In this document: positions 1 through 14,500 of the stretch, in pieces
Layout of the letters: each line of letters starts with the position of its first letter
How positions within the stretch are numbered: the first letter of the stretch is position 1
Assembly (NCBI GenBank): GCA_964035545.1
Contig: OZ037769.1
Span: forward strand, 2,728,001-2,792,000
Length of the DNA: 64,000 nt
Source of the DNA: Bugula neritina
Taxonomy: Eukaryota > Animalia > Bryozoa
Direction: 5' to 3'
The notes under the pieces: generated by a model
The model's database searches: none
The model's input: only the letters and a program-made list of their open reading frames with translations
What the model was told of the DNA's origin: nothing
Translations under genes and position numbers: made by a program

Positions 1-748
1 CATTATCAACAAAGTTGAGCCAATTAATTTAATGTTTTCTAATTTTAAAAATTGATCATAAAAAGAATAATTTATACTACTCTCTGTTTACCTGTTTATA
101 TACAGTTTTTTTTAAACATTTTTCAGTTTTTTATTTAACTAAAACAAGTAGCTATAGCCCAATTACTCATATTAAAGGCCTCCACCTTAATGTTACTCAT
201 ACCCACTCCAGTTTTTCAGTTGATGTCTCTCTGTATATATATGATTGTAGTTAATATAATTATGTACATGCTTTATTGAAATGTCATTTATTGCTAGGAC
301 AGTATGGTTAGCATTGTCATAGTCATTCCTGTCTCAAAGTCCGTTTTTGCACTATGTTCTTAGCAGTATGTAGCTCATAGAATCTGTATGTGTTACTGTA
401 TTTCTCGTAATTCTGGCTACTGGATTAGCTAAATATATTTATGATTGAAATTTATTTATTAGTAAATACTAAGAATTAGTAAATAAGTAAAGTAGGAACC
501 TAGGTCATGAATGTTGTCCCACAATGCATCTATTACTTGGAAGTTTCGCTATTGAGTGAGTTTGTATATGTTGCCCAACTAAGTATAAAATAAAATGGAG
601 CTCAGGTGTGAGGTTTGAGGTTTTAAAGTTGATAAAATTTTAGCTTTAATCTGTGTTACCCTGTTTTTAATACAGAATATTCTTCTATATATTGATGTTA
701 TCATTTACCATGCTTTAGACACAGAACTAAAGGTGTGGATTCACAAAC

Positions 749-2074
749 ATGGACTTAGCGGGGCGCTCCATCAGCCTCCCTTCAGACATTTCGCGTAGAA
801 AGCTCCCCGATTTGCCCGACGACCCCTGTCACACCTCGAAAATATCTCGAATCTGGGCGTCATTCAAACAGAAGCTGACGTTGAGACCTGGTAGGCTGGC
901 GAGATCTCAGAGTCGGCATGATGACTCATCAAGTAAGTCAGCTGTGGATACAGGGGTCAAAGGGTAACAAATGTGGTGACATGAAGACCAGCTGGTATTG
1001 TAATAATTACATTCACAGTCCTACATGGAGTTTATCCATAGAACTATTTTGTGCTTCTCTATTTATTATTCACATTGCACCACCAGCTGCTGTGAAGTTG
1101 CCTATTATTACTGTGGCTTATTTATCAGAATAAAATTCTGTGGTAGTTTATAGCATACTTTCCTTCTTTGTTCATACATTTAAGGGATTTTCCTTACTGT
1201 AGGTAGAGCGAAGCAGCACTGCTATAGGAATTTTCTCCCCTACAGTATTTACTACCATTTGATTGACAATCACGACACTATAATGCTGCCAGGCCTACGC
1301 CAATGCCCGCCTCCTGTGGAGGAAGACCCACCCATTGCCAGTATGAGAAGTTTACCTCCCTTGCCGTCTTCCAGCCATCCCGATTATACTGAGGTAGATG
1401 TTGAAGAAAGAGTTAAGTTGGGTTCACCACATGATTACGAGTCGCTCAAGATGAAGGTTGACTCTTCTAACGCATATCAAAACATAGACAGACTGGACTA
1501 CAAATCAGCAGGAAGTAATCAGAGTGAGGCAGAGACTTGGTGCAGAGTATCCTCCATGGCTACGTCTATCAACACCCTACCCCACCAGGGTTGGTACTGG
1601 GGGCCTCTCGATAGAGAGGAAACGGAACGTAAGCTAAGGCCCCACCCGTCTGGCTCCTTCCTAGTGAGGGACAGCAAAAACGAGCACCACCTCTACACTC
1701 TGAGCTTCAAACAAGACCAGCTCATCCTCCACACTCGTATCGAGTTTGTCAACGGACTGTTTACTTTCTTCCTTGATGAAGCAAAAGCTATGAAGACAGG
1801 CAAACCCTCTGTGGAAGAGCTGATTGAAGCGTCGATCAAGGATGGGGTGGACGGTGAATTCGGAGACATGCGTAGAGGAGGGAGGCACTCCCAGCACCTC
1901 ACCATCCAAATAAAACTCGATCACCCAGTGTCCAGGTTCAGTGAGGTGAGAAGCCTACAGTTCCTGTGTAAATTTGTGCTACGGACTCATATCAATAGAG
2001 AGAACGTGCCCCGACTTCCCCTACCGGTACACGTTAGGAACTGGGTACAAGAACAAGGGATTTACACTTCTTAG
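749..2074 (+). CDS. SOCS6: Suppressor of cytokine signaling protein, SOCS6-like (SH2 + SOCS box); exons 749-963 and 1246-2074
   Basis: SH2 domain GWYWGPLDREETERKL...GSFLVRDS...LSFK...LHTRIEF and C-terminal SOCS box PVSRFSEVRSLQFLCKFVLR...LPLP match the SOCS6/7 pattern. Donor AAGG|gtaaca at 963 (phase 2) joins in frame to acceptor ttttctcccctacag at 1245. An acceptor at 718 implies a further upstream exon. Confidence 0.85.
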
Positions 2075-4572
2075 TGTTTAGTAGTTATGGTGCGCAGGTA
2101 AACACTAGGCAGGTAAACACAAGCCGAACAAATGAGCTCATCTAGGTACCGGTTGAGTGAACTCATTTAAGTAATACTTAAGATTTCAAGTGCAGTCATA
2201 TCCCTAATACCTTGGCTAACATCCAACCTGATTTACAACTATTAATTTGTAACTTTATCCAAGTGTTTAAACCATACGAGCCTGCGTTACTGCATTGCTA
2301 TTATAACTGGCTGAATTGTATCATTTTGTGAGGAAAAATCATCATTTACTTTACGTCATCATATCTATAAAGTGAATTTAATATGAGCAGATAGTTACTG
2401 TAATAGATATGCATATAGAGAACAAATCACCAATATTTTTATACCTTTATTTATCTACCTTACCGAAATTGTCTTCATTGACTTGTGAAATGTTAGTCTG
2501 TCTCTCCTAGAGTATCAACCTTTTAGCTCAAGACATGTACAATGATATTATCCACTCTATGCATATTTGTAAAAGGTTTTTTATCAGCGTTCAGCTTGTT
2601 GTCTTGTCTTACCAAGGTGACCATTTCTAATGCAAGTTTAAAGGATTTTGAGGGCCAAATTTATTGAGTGATTTTAATGTTCCTTAAAGCCTAAACACAA
2701 TGTGAATATTACATGAACTGCGCACGGGCTAATTATGGTTCTTGTGGAAAGGTAACTCCAAGGTATCCGTTGAGTTACACCAGTGCTATATAAAACAATA
2801 CAGTAAGTGCAAGTTTCCATCTGTTTCCATAAAATCAATTTTATTGAAGCTCAACATAACGCAAGTTTATAGAATAAAAACACTCTGTGATGAATTGTTT
2901 ATGATAGCACAAAGGAATTTGCTTTACCTAACCAGGAAAAGTTTTAACTAATCAGAGTTAAAGCTCACTTAAATCTCACTCAATATTTTTGGGCCTTAGT
3001 CAATGCAGTTGTGAAGTTGTGCAACATTTTATTACATACATCACATTGTTTCTTATTATACCAGGAGTATATTATGTATTCTCTTTTTGTTTAAACATTT
3101 TGTAAAGTTAATTTCCTATCATTGGCAAATCAATACAAAGAAATGTTTATGTTGACTCATCTTTTATGTTCTCTTCTTTGAAACCTCTTTTGGGCATTAC
3201 AAGTCGTTGTTCAGAATAAAATTCCCACCGATGTGTATAAAGTGCACAGATCGGTAAGTGTTTCATTCGAAGCACCGAATGTTGGTCACGTGACTTGACC
3301 TATATCTTAAATACTAGCATAATATAGGAGGCTCTGGTCACGGAGATGTCTACGTGTCGTTTCTGACAATGAAATGTCCACCGATCTACCTTTAAAAGAG
3401 ATCGCTGGGGGTTTCATTCGTAGCAACAACACGAGATCTATGGAGTGGGAAACTCCTTAGACAAGTCACAGTCATGCTGACAGGGTGACAGTAGGCAGCA
3501 TGTTATAAGTAAACAGCCTGACTTTCAAAAGCATATTGCAAGTCAGTAGCGTACCAGCAGTACATATATTCATGTATGTGGAAACCCTTGTAGTAGAAAG
3601 AATTGAATGTAAATTTTATTGAAAGAAGCCTGTCATATAATCCTGCTGCCCTGAAGTTATGTAATACATTTAATCTTGTAATGCTTCTTGGCATTCATTC
3701 CTCAAAATGTTGTGCCAAGCTTAAACCACACAGGTCTACATAAAATGTAAAATAACATAAAATTTATTTATAATATCATGGTATGTTCAATGTTGTATAG
3801 AATGTAATTGTAATACTATAGAATATTGTATAGGCTGTATAATATAAAATAATGCATATAATGTATTTATAATATTTTATAGACTGTATTTAGCATATTA
3901 TGATATTATATATTATAGAATATATTTATAAAATCATAGAATGTTGTATAGAATGTATTTATAATATAGAATATTTTATAGACTGCATTTAGTATATTAT
4001 CATGCAAGATTGTATAGGATGTATTTATAATGTAGATTATATACTGTAAGAACTCACAGGTTAAACTGGAAATAAACAATTCTTGCCCTTTAGTGTTAAT
4101 CTGATTAAAACACCATGACTAGTTCACCTACCTCATCTCTGTCCACATTAGTAGTGGTGGTATTGAAAACCATCTGGTAGAGAATTATGTTTGCCGACAC
4201 CTAAATATCGCAGGGAAAACATGGCAACACCTTGCTAGTTATTGATTTACCTCTTGTTCACACAGTTCGTAGCTATAACTGGTGTCACTGTTAACTGCAG
4301 CATAAAATACTTACCCACAGATGTTACCACTCAATCTTCTTTACAGACTCGAGTGTGAAGATATATTTACTTGATATTATTATGTTTTCATGTAATCATC
4401 AGCTACATTAATTATAGTGTGAAATATAAACTCAATCCAAGCTTTGTGTGAAGTACAAACATCTAACTCTTTATATTCCTGCATAGTGTACACTGAGGGG
4501 TCATCTAGAACTATGGTAGAGAAGATATTATATCAACAAACAATCCACTATAGCCAAACACACTATATACAT

Positions 4573-4730
4573 TACAGTGCTCCCTCGTATCCCAAACCTG
4601 ACATAGTAGAATACCATATTTAACTCATGAATTCATTAAATTTGGCCATGTTGTCCGTTATACATAAACTACAAAGGGGGGGGGGGGGTCCAAGTCCTTT
4701 TTCTGACCTATATATGGAGGAAGCACCGTA
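4573..4730. mobile_element. Tc1/mariner-like MITE, about 158 bp
   Basis: Left end TAcagtgctccctc and right end gaggaagcaccgTA form imperfect TIRs with TA flanks; the same left end (tacagtgctccctc) recurs at about 12500. Confidence 0.5.
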
Positions 4731-5587
4731 CTACAAGATGTCCATAGCACAAGTTCTAGTGAAGTTGTCCTACCATAAGAATGGTGATCTTGCTTCAAAC
4801 TAAACCTGTACATCTCCCCACAGGATGTGTTTCTGCAAACCTTCTACTAGGTACAGCTTGGGTGTCTAACTTCCAGTTTGGTGTTTGGATCAGGTGACTA
4901 TATAACTTCTCATACCAGAAACTACGGTCAGAACTAGTCATATATGGGAGTGCTATAACATCTACTGTACGCATGGACATTTGAACACTCATTATGGTTA
5001 GTGATGTAGTTTACAGAAAGTCCATATCTGACATTTCATAATGTATTAGAAATTAAGCAATAGCTACAGAACCCATGCTCCGTACAGCTGTACATGACTG
5101 CATGTGTAGAGAATGTAAACTGATATAAGATTTGAATTCAGTAATGACGTCACTAATGGATGATGAAATATCTTGAAGTTTTTATAAAGTAAAAAGGAAC
5201 AAAATTGCACTGGATTGTGATGGTTTTCTCATTAGAAGTAATGAAAACTAATGAAATATAAATAAAAACATTGGATATCAAGAAGGAAAGAATATAATCA
5301 CTAGAATAGACTATCTACAAGGCACCGCAGCCTTTCATCATACAATAGTAAAACATGGTGGATATACCAGGTGAAAAAATTGTAGCCTATGTGTAAAAAA
5401 TATCTTAGATTCTTTATATAAAAGAACTTTAGCAGAGGCCTACATTTGTACATTTCATCATCAATATTGGAAAACAGTAAAAGAACTAAATCCGTCCAGT
5501 ATCAACATACACATTCCTAATGCTACAATTATTATTGCAAAACTACTTTCAACAAAAAACTGTTTTTTAGAACATGTCACGGGAATT

Positions 5588-8500
5588 TCAATCATCCTGA
5601 TTTGCTTCCATTTCCTCAAGAGTGTCTTGCATTTCAGACCTTTTAAACCTCTTGGCTTGTTGTTCTACAATTGATAAAACTGCTATAATCGGCTGTTTCG
5701 TTGATGAAACATAATAATTATTTTGTAAATTACCAAGATGGCAGAAATAGTGGATAGATGTAGAACCATAAGTTTTATCAATCAGCAATAAATATAAACT
5801 TGTGTATTAAGCCAAGATCAAAATATATTGCAACCAGCCCTACAACCTGCTAGAGGCAGAAAAACCTATCAATAATAAAGTAAAACTTTCTATATAATCC
5901 ACTATGATGCTGGAAAGTTCCAACTATCCTACACTGTCACACAGGTGACTAGACATGTGTGGCCCTTTGTGATGCAACAAACTAGAGCTAGAGGGGAGCC
6001 AATTAGACTAAAGAGGTGTGACTCACATGATTTAGCTGACTGCACAGCCTCACCCACTGACACTGTATGCAAGTGCTATGAACTATTTGATAACGTTGTG
6101 TTATATATACTCTATATAGTGTAGAAATCTCTCTTACAGGGCACTAACATTCTACTGCACTGTACACGATACAAACTGATAGATAACCATTACAGGACTT
6201 TACCACATTCACTCAAAACCTGCTTTATATGGAAACAACACTGAGGGTTAGATACAAATAAACTATTCTATGAAATGAGGTGCCATAGTTCATTGAGGAG
6301 ACAACTTATAAAAACTTGATTGCATGCCAAGGGTATATCTCTTTAGCATATGTTAATATCAATAGAGCCAAACTAGGTTTAATAAATCATTAACAAAACA
6401 GTAATAACTGCCAGAATTACATGAACCAACATTCCAGCTTGTGCCAGCCTGCACTATGTTGTACCTGTGCATCTGAAAGGTGTCTATACACTATAATATG
6501 GTGCGCACAGGCCACTCAACTCAGAGATCGTGACTGAGTTCCCTAAAGTTTACTCAAACAGATGGGGCGGAGTTCTCAGTCTAACTCTACTACTCATAGT
6601 AAAACACTAACCACTGCTATATCCATCTGCAGTCTTCTTTCTCAGATTCTCTACTGATTCTTCCGCTGTGTCAGCCCATTCTAGAACCAGACGTCTGCCG
6701 TACAAATGGGTGCTGTGACACAGAGCGTTGAACGCCCTCTGTAGGTACAGACAGTGTGTGTAAGTATAGATTACAATCAGTGTAATTATGGACAATTGTG
6801 TATATGTACAGAAAATTACAAGTGAGTACAGACTGTTGAAGGTGAAGGTATATTTTATTTGAAGTGAATAATTCAAACTAAAACTTGTGTCACGCAGTCA
6901 ACTGGTGCTGTATTGGGGCTAGTGATTGGCTGATAAAATAATAAATGTGTTTTGATAGGCTGGTTACTACTTGGTTACCTTAGCATCATTCTTAGTAACA
7001 AAGTCCACAAAACAGAAACCTCTGTGCTGACCCCCGACCTTCTTTGGTAGACGCACCAGTTTCAGCTCCCCAAACACTCTGCGAACAGACAGACACATTA
7101 TGACCCGTTCCGGTCACAAACAGTACATACAACAGGAACCGCTTGCATCATGAAGCACAAAACAAAAGATATAAACTAGAGTGTTTATTGAAACTTTATA
7201 TTGACTTAGCCAACTGGAGTCAGGTGTGACAAACTTACTTAAACAGTTCAGTGATTTCCCTGCGATTGGCCTGGAACGGCACATTTCTGCACAGAATCTT
7301 GGTGCTTGTCTGCTTCCTGTTTGGATTGGACGTCTTCCTGCCTCTAGAGCTCGGCCTGTGATTGGTTGAAAACACATAACTTACTAACACACAGGAGTTT
7401 ACAAACAACAGGCCATTATGTTAAGTCAGTGACTAGAACATTAGCTCATAATTGTCAGTTTGAAAGAATTGAAAGCTATGCTAACTACTAGATGCATTAT
7501 GTATGGTATGAAGTATAACTGAAACATGTGGCAGCTGCATCTGCTGCCGTGAATCATGATATGCTGCCAACGCTCAGCACGGTGAACCAGTACCTTGCGA
7601 CTGTCCGTTCAGATAACTTCAGCTCCAGGTTGTGGTTGTCTAAGGTGCTGTGTTGTAGTTCTTTCAGAGCCTTCATCGCCATATCAGACAATTGGAACTG
7701 AACAAAACCGTAGCCCATAGACAGAGCTTTGCCTGGGTTCTTGGAATCTCTCTTAGTAGCTACGGTGGCGTTCAGCACCTTCCCACATTGTTTAAAGTGC
7801 TATCGAGAGAAAAAATATCACTGTTATTCCTAAACAGTGGCACACATCAGTAACAATGGATTATGCGTTTGACCCTAGTGAGAAAAATACCAATTTTATC
7901 ATGCATAGGTTGTCCGACTGCTCTCAATATTCACACTTTCTCCCCACCTGGCAATTGATAATTGATATCTTGAAACAGTTGACTGGCCTGATGGTATATA
8001 GCACTCGCTGGACCAGTAGAAAGCTGTGAAACTCATTTTACACCACTCAAAAAGTATATACACGCATGCTTTATGTTCTACGCAATTAGCAAGTTATATA
8101 CACTATAATGTATTTAAGTAGAGGGCGTTTTCAAGGTGGATATACCAGTGTACACACTCAGTGGTGGTAATCTGGCCCCTTTCTGTGCTGCTAATTTAAG
8201 GATTACAGACTATGGAAGGAAACTGACCTTCTTCAAGGACTTCTCAGTAGTTTCGAAGTTGAGATTCTTCACAAACAGAGTACAGCCTTCCCCACCTCCT
8301 CCTTCTTCATCCTCAGAGGTTGCATCACTGTCAGTGTCAACACTCTCCTTCTTCACCTTCTCGGTCTTCACAACTGGACAGAACAATAAATTGTATTATA
8401 TTCTCAGCTTATTAAGGGGGCCACTACCATTTCTTGATGGGCTATCAATATCAACGCAGACAGCTTGGTGACATGAAAGTTCTGCAGCAAATGAGTATAT

Positions 8501-11500
8501 CTACTTTCAATGAGGGTCTAGATTAGGTACATACGCACTTGACACCAATGTATGCAACGCCTTAAAAAGAGATCTACCTGCACATGAATTACAATGACAT
8601 AAAAACAATGCAGACTGAAAACATGGTTAGAATGCAAAACATACCATCAAATGAGAAGACACGAGTCTGAGCTGCTTGCACATACAGCCAAAGTTTAGAG
8701 CAGAGAGTAATATGTAGGGAGTAATATGTAGAGAGCGAGGTGTAGAGAGAGCAATGTGTAAAGAGTGAGGTATACAGAGCAATGCGTAGAAATCAATGCG
8801 TGTAGAGAGCAATGCGTAGAGATCAATTGAACAAACTTACTCTCCTTGTCCCGAGAGTCTTCCTGTGGCCCCTCTGGTACACAACTGTCATCCTCCACCT
8901 CCTGGGTAGCCTCAGTATCCTGTTTCTGCTCGGCTTTCTCTGCGAACACTGCCATCGGTGCCCACTCTAAGTACAGGGGCTTGTGCTTGAACTACAAATT
9001 TAAATAAATCTAGATTCTACAGCCACACACGGATGTTACTGATTTCAAGAACCACTGGCAAAAATATGAACATTAATTGAAGTAGCTTGGAAAAATATTA
9101 TAATATTGTAACAGCCTGATGTAAAGATCTAGCAATTGTATTATTTACCACCTTGCTGTATACTAGCTGATATGCACTTACCCTGCTATATGCTAACTTA
9201 GTGAAAGCTGCTTTAGCCTCTTGTCCTTCCTGGAACTCAACTAAAGCGGATATACCGGATGGGGGTAGTAGCAACCTCCCGACTGTACCAAACTTAGTGA
9301 ATATGTCGGTCAACTCTTCTACTGTGGTATAGGAAGGCAAGTTCTTGACTAAGATGACTGTCTTACTTCGTGGTCCTGCCGCCTAAACCAGATGAGAGAG
9401 TGAGCTATAAATAGGTCAGCACTTTCAGCAAAGTGTGAACTCAGCGTTATACCAGAGTTAGGATAAGGAAAACTAGAAGAGTGAATGTTTGTAGGTTGAA
9501 AATAGTATAACTCCAGGTTCATATTTTACATAAATATACATATAAGGTAGATGAATAAAATTATTTTTAGATTTGATTTATATGTAACAATAAAACTAGA
9601 AATAAAGTTTTATGCATTCATAACAGTGAAACAAATCAACGGATACATTTAACATCAACATACATATAAGATAGAGTAGATGAAGAATATTTTTATTAGT
9701 TCTGATTTATAATTAATAAGAAAAAAACCAGAAATGAAGTTGCGTCACAGTGATACAAACCTGACTGAATGAATCTAGGCAGACACCATTTTCTATCAGG
9801 AAGTCCCGAGTTTCGTTTACTACCTCCGTTTCACCGAGAGCAAGTCTCACACCCAGACTTTGCCCCGACTCCGTCTGCAACACCTGACTCTTGTCAATGT
9901 CATACTTGGCTGCCATTGCGTTGGCCACGGCATCTCCGCCCAGGAACAAAGAGTTCCAGTTATGGGAGCTGAAACAAACACTATGATTAGCCTAGGTCCT
10001 AGGCTGATACTATATATAACACATGTTACATATATAGCACATGATTACAGCAGCACAATATGAATAACATAACTATTCATGTATATTGTGGGAGATGACA
10101 CTATAACGATGACATGATATTATATACTAGTATACTGTCCACTTATAACATGACATACAATACTAGTATACTGTACACTTATAACATGACATACAATACT
10201 AGTATACTGTACACTTATAACATGACATACAATACTAGTATACTGTACACTTATAACATGACATACAATACTAGTATACTGTACACTTATAACATGACAT
10301 ACAATACTAGTATACTGTACACTTATAACATGACATACAATACTAGTATACTGTACACTTATAACATGACATACAATACTAGTATACTGTACACTTATAA
10401 CATGACATACAATGCTAGTACACTGTACACTTATAACATGACATACAATGCTAGTACACTGTACACTTATAACATGACATACAATGCTAGTGTACTGTAC
10501 ACTTATAGGTTAGAACGTACAGCATTATTTGGAATAGACACGGAAATTAGGTGACTGTCAGCATTCTATAATTTTTGGTACCGAGTTTTGCAATTTCAGT
10601 GTTACTTGTGACACATGAAATACATCAATAGAGAGCTAAAGAGAGATTGCATACTCTTTGAGGCTATACACACTGACAACACTAAGCAACACACTACCTC
10701 TGAGCTCCTTTCTTCTGCTCCTTTTTCTGCTTCTTTTTGAAGTCAAAGCCTTCGTCAAACTCCGTGAGCTCATCTATACGAGGTTTACCAGGCAGAATGT
10801 GGAGTAGTCTCCCCTACATACACAACTCGCATTTAATTGCTATGATAATGCAAATTTATAGACATTTCTAGCCAATTGCTACTATTCAAATCTAACTTAG
10901 TCTTCAGGTATTAAAAGGAGCAAGTTCAACATGACTTACTTTTAAAAGTTATATTTCTGTGTTTTTGCACATCGACCACGATCTCTCAAAAAGTTTGAAA
11001 TTTATTAACGGCAACATAAACATGAAAACCTAATATTATACGCTAGAGAATAACTTATACCATGAATGCTGTATTCATGATTTCCTATGTCTTGCATTGT
11101 AATTCATGCTGGTTGGCCTCAGTTAGATTCAAAATTCACAAACACTGTTGGATGGAAACAGACTGTCAAATGACTTGCTGAATGGTTTATATGCCCAGTT
11201 TTATTGCAGATACCCTTAAAATACTTCTACACAAACACATAGGAATATAAAGGTAAGACTAGTACCATATAGTTGGTTCCATCAAGCTGATTACAAGCCT
11301 GTACAGCGTGTTCTGGGAACATGAAGGTGACATGAGCAAAGCCTTTGACCCTCTTACTAGCTGGGTCGATGGGCAGGTTGACATCAGTGAGGGCCCCTAC
11401 AAACACTGCAACTGATGAAGAACACGGGTAATACATGTCCTTATCAGAGCTCAGTAATTTAGTGTTGTAGATTTTTATTCATCCAACAGTCAAAATAATT

Positions 11501-14500
11501 AATGCCTTTCAAAGCCTGGAAACAAAGCAAAGACTATGGAAGATGAAGATTTCATAAGTTTTATAGAGAATAAGAGTAAGAATATTGCAAGACACAGAGT
11601 ATCTGTCACAGTTACACATACATGTAATAAGGTGTGGTGTGAGGAACAACCCTTTAATAGCTGCTAGCAGTTTATTTCACGGATATTATAAATATAGTGA
11701 TTAAATGACTGCACTGTCTAACGCAAGAGTGGAGTGCCAGCGTAGCAGCTGGCTGAAGGGTTCAAACACACATTAGTAAGTCACTTGAGACGACAAGCAA
11801 ATGGAGAAAAGGAGCAGCTGAAGTGGTGGAGTGATGTGGAAACAGTGAAGCATTTATTTTATATTAATATATAAACGCGAGAGCTTTACTACAGGCTTAC
11901 AAAAACACAGTCTTTATTTTATTTTCCACAAAAAAACTGTTGATATTCATAATTATTTTAGAAGGTAAATATTCCGAAATAGAATTGACAAAAATTGCAT
12001 TTGAAATGTGTTGCCTTTTTATAACTAATTCAACCTTATTTTATACTAATTAAGGCAGCGTCTAATGTGCAATAATATTACTATCAATCAGTAGATATAA
12101 ACAACACAACCTGAATATGAAAGATATGAGAATACAATACAACAACCTCTATACAATAGCCTAATGAAAGTAAAACAGACCAGTAGCAGTATAACATTAA
12201 CACTCCCTGCCGAGAGAATACACAACTATGACTCACCAAATTCACCGAATGTCTTCTCCAGATCCTCCTCGGTAACCGAGTGCGCCAGGTTTCGTATAAA
12301 CAGTCGGCCAGAGTCAGCTATGGGCTCCACACCTTCCAGCTTATTCTAAAATGGTTAAGTTTACGATTCAATGGAGGAAAACAACATTCCCAAGACACAT
12401 GCGTTTCTCAGAGCAGAGGAAGAATAATAGCATGGACTTACCACTAAACATTACATTACCAGATAAAGTAACCAAGAACTAATTTGTGTTAACACTGAAT
12501 ACAGTGCTCCCTCTAGATCTCACGGTCCATATTTCACGAAATTCCATAGGTCTTATGTATGTGACTCATGTATGTAAGTGCATAGAGATAAAATAGCAGA
12601 ATGTAATTGATCCGTGAGTTAAATCTGGTATTCTATTATGTCACAGAAATTGAGTTTTTGGGACCCGCAGCTTAGGTAGTGGATATGGTTACTTGCTTAT
12701 ATTACAGGGTTACAAGGAGACATAGTAAGACGAGACTGAGACGTACCTTCAACTCCCAGTCCCGAGGTTTCTCCTTCAAACTGGGGGCCATTTCAGGGAC
12801 ACCTTCTTGCTCTGTCACTCGTTTTATAGTAACCTTCTTTTTCCCCATCATATTTCTATTTCGTCTCAAAGCAGCCTCCAACTCTTTCAGACTCTTGAAG
12901 CGGACAAAAGCCACACCTGCAGATTGTAGAACAGTGAAATACACAAGTCAAAGGACGTATGGTTTACTAGCAACTTACTAGCTGTAGCTTCTCATGCTGG
13001 GAATATGCAAGAACACACGAGAATACAACTCCTGCACTGACACTGCTGCAATAGAGTGAACTTACCAAGCGGGACTTTCTTGTTATTCCTTGGAATGTCC
13101 ACCTTTTTCAGAGTGATTCCTTGCAGGAAACTTTGTACCATGAGCTGGAAAACACACAGGATATACTGCAGAACAATGAGAGGGTAACTGCTTGAATATC
13201 AGAAGTAGAGCAAGCAATTAGAAAATCTGCTGAATAATGCAACACAAACAACGCAATCTTCAGACGTACAAATAAATAGACAAAATACATTATGGAAGGA
13301 TACAAGAAGACAACTCAGAGATGGCAGTCAGTTTCTCAGCAACAGCAATACACCACATTCACCACCAATAACTTAGCACATAATAGGAGTAATCAAAAAG
13401 AGCAAAGTTTTGGCTACAATATGAAAATCAAAGGCAAGGTATTGTGACTACAATAGCCAGCTTTCTATTTTCTACTCTAAAAACTTAGACAAACAAAATT
13501 GTTCATCGTAAAAAAAGATCGAAAGTTACTGGATCTACACATAAAGCACAGAGATGTATACAGATATATACCAACCTTGTTGGCATTGGGAGGGAGATTG
13601 CTCATCTTAGCTGCAAAGAGTTCCTTTGCCTTCCTTTTCCTCCTGGATTTGCTGGGTTTAGTGTCAGTGACTTCAGCAGATGCTGGGGTAGCCTCAGTTT
13701 CTAGCTCTGTCTCGTCATCACTGAGGTGGGAGGCTTGAGCGGCCTTCTTCCTTAGATACTACACGAGAACCACAAGATGGGGTTATACTGCAGACGATGT
13801 GCTGCGTGATTGAGACTGGCAACAGGACATAGTGTCATGACATACACTCATGGCTGAGAATAACCACTTCCGGTTTTATCAGAGCATAGCAGAGATAATA
13901 TTAAATGTGAGAAAAGCTGCTAGTAATCTAGTAGACTAGAGAGGTTCTTGAAATATTCACTACAGCTGATAAAATAAATCTGAGAGTGACAGACAAACAA
14001 ACAAATGAGTACAACAAGTTCACTGTATCAATGTATCATGCACAATTCAACTAATTAGTATGAGTAGAACCACATTATTACCTCCATATCAGAGAGTGCT
14101 GTGTCTTTGGCTGATTTATTAGTATCATCAACATCTGACACATTACCATCCTTGTCACCTTTAGTATTCACATCTAAACAGATAAAAATAGATTCTTCGA
14201 GTAGCGATCTCATTTAAAATATTTCACAATAACTTGTTGATTAAAAAATTTATAAACTGCCGATCATGTCATGTGGCAGCTAGGATTTCTAAAAGCTCAA
14301 TTTTGGAGTAAAACTTTGATAAGAACTTGTTTAATACAAGCACATTTCATGCGAGTCGACTGCCAATAAAACTGGTGAGGAGGGAAAGTGAAACATAATA
14401 AACTATAAGACTATAAGAAGAGGTTGTATTACATCGGCTAGCAGGAAACACCAGGAAGTGATCATAGGCTGATTGTAAACCTACCAGAAGGGGCTTCATC

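Noticed and set aside
6607-6611. RBM19 ending at the TAG at 6607
   Set aside because: That stop overlaps a gttagt donor; a phase-matched last exon at 5588-5664 gives a more plausible C-terminus, though early termination by intron retention is not excluded.
8413-8565. TTAA-flanked (Kolobok/piggyBac-like) MITE
   Set aside because: The ends ttaagg...ccttaa match over only a few bases, too weak to support.
10114-10554. 146-aa [15 protein letters not shown]
   Set aside because: Translation of a 36-bp intronic minisatellite antisense to RBM19.
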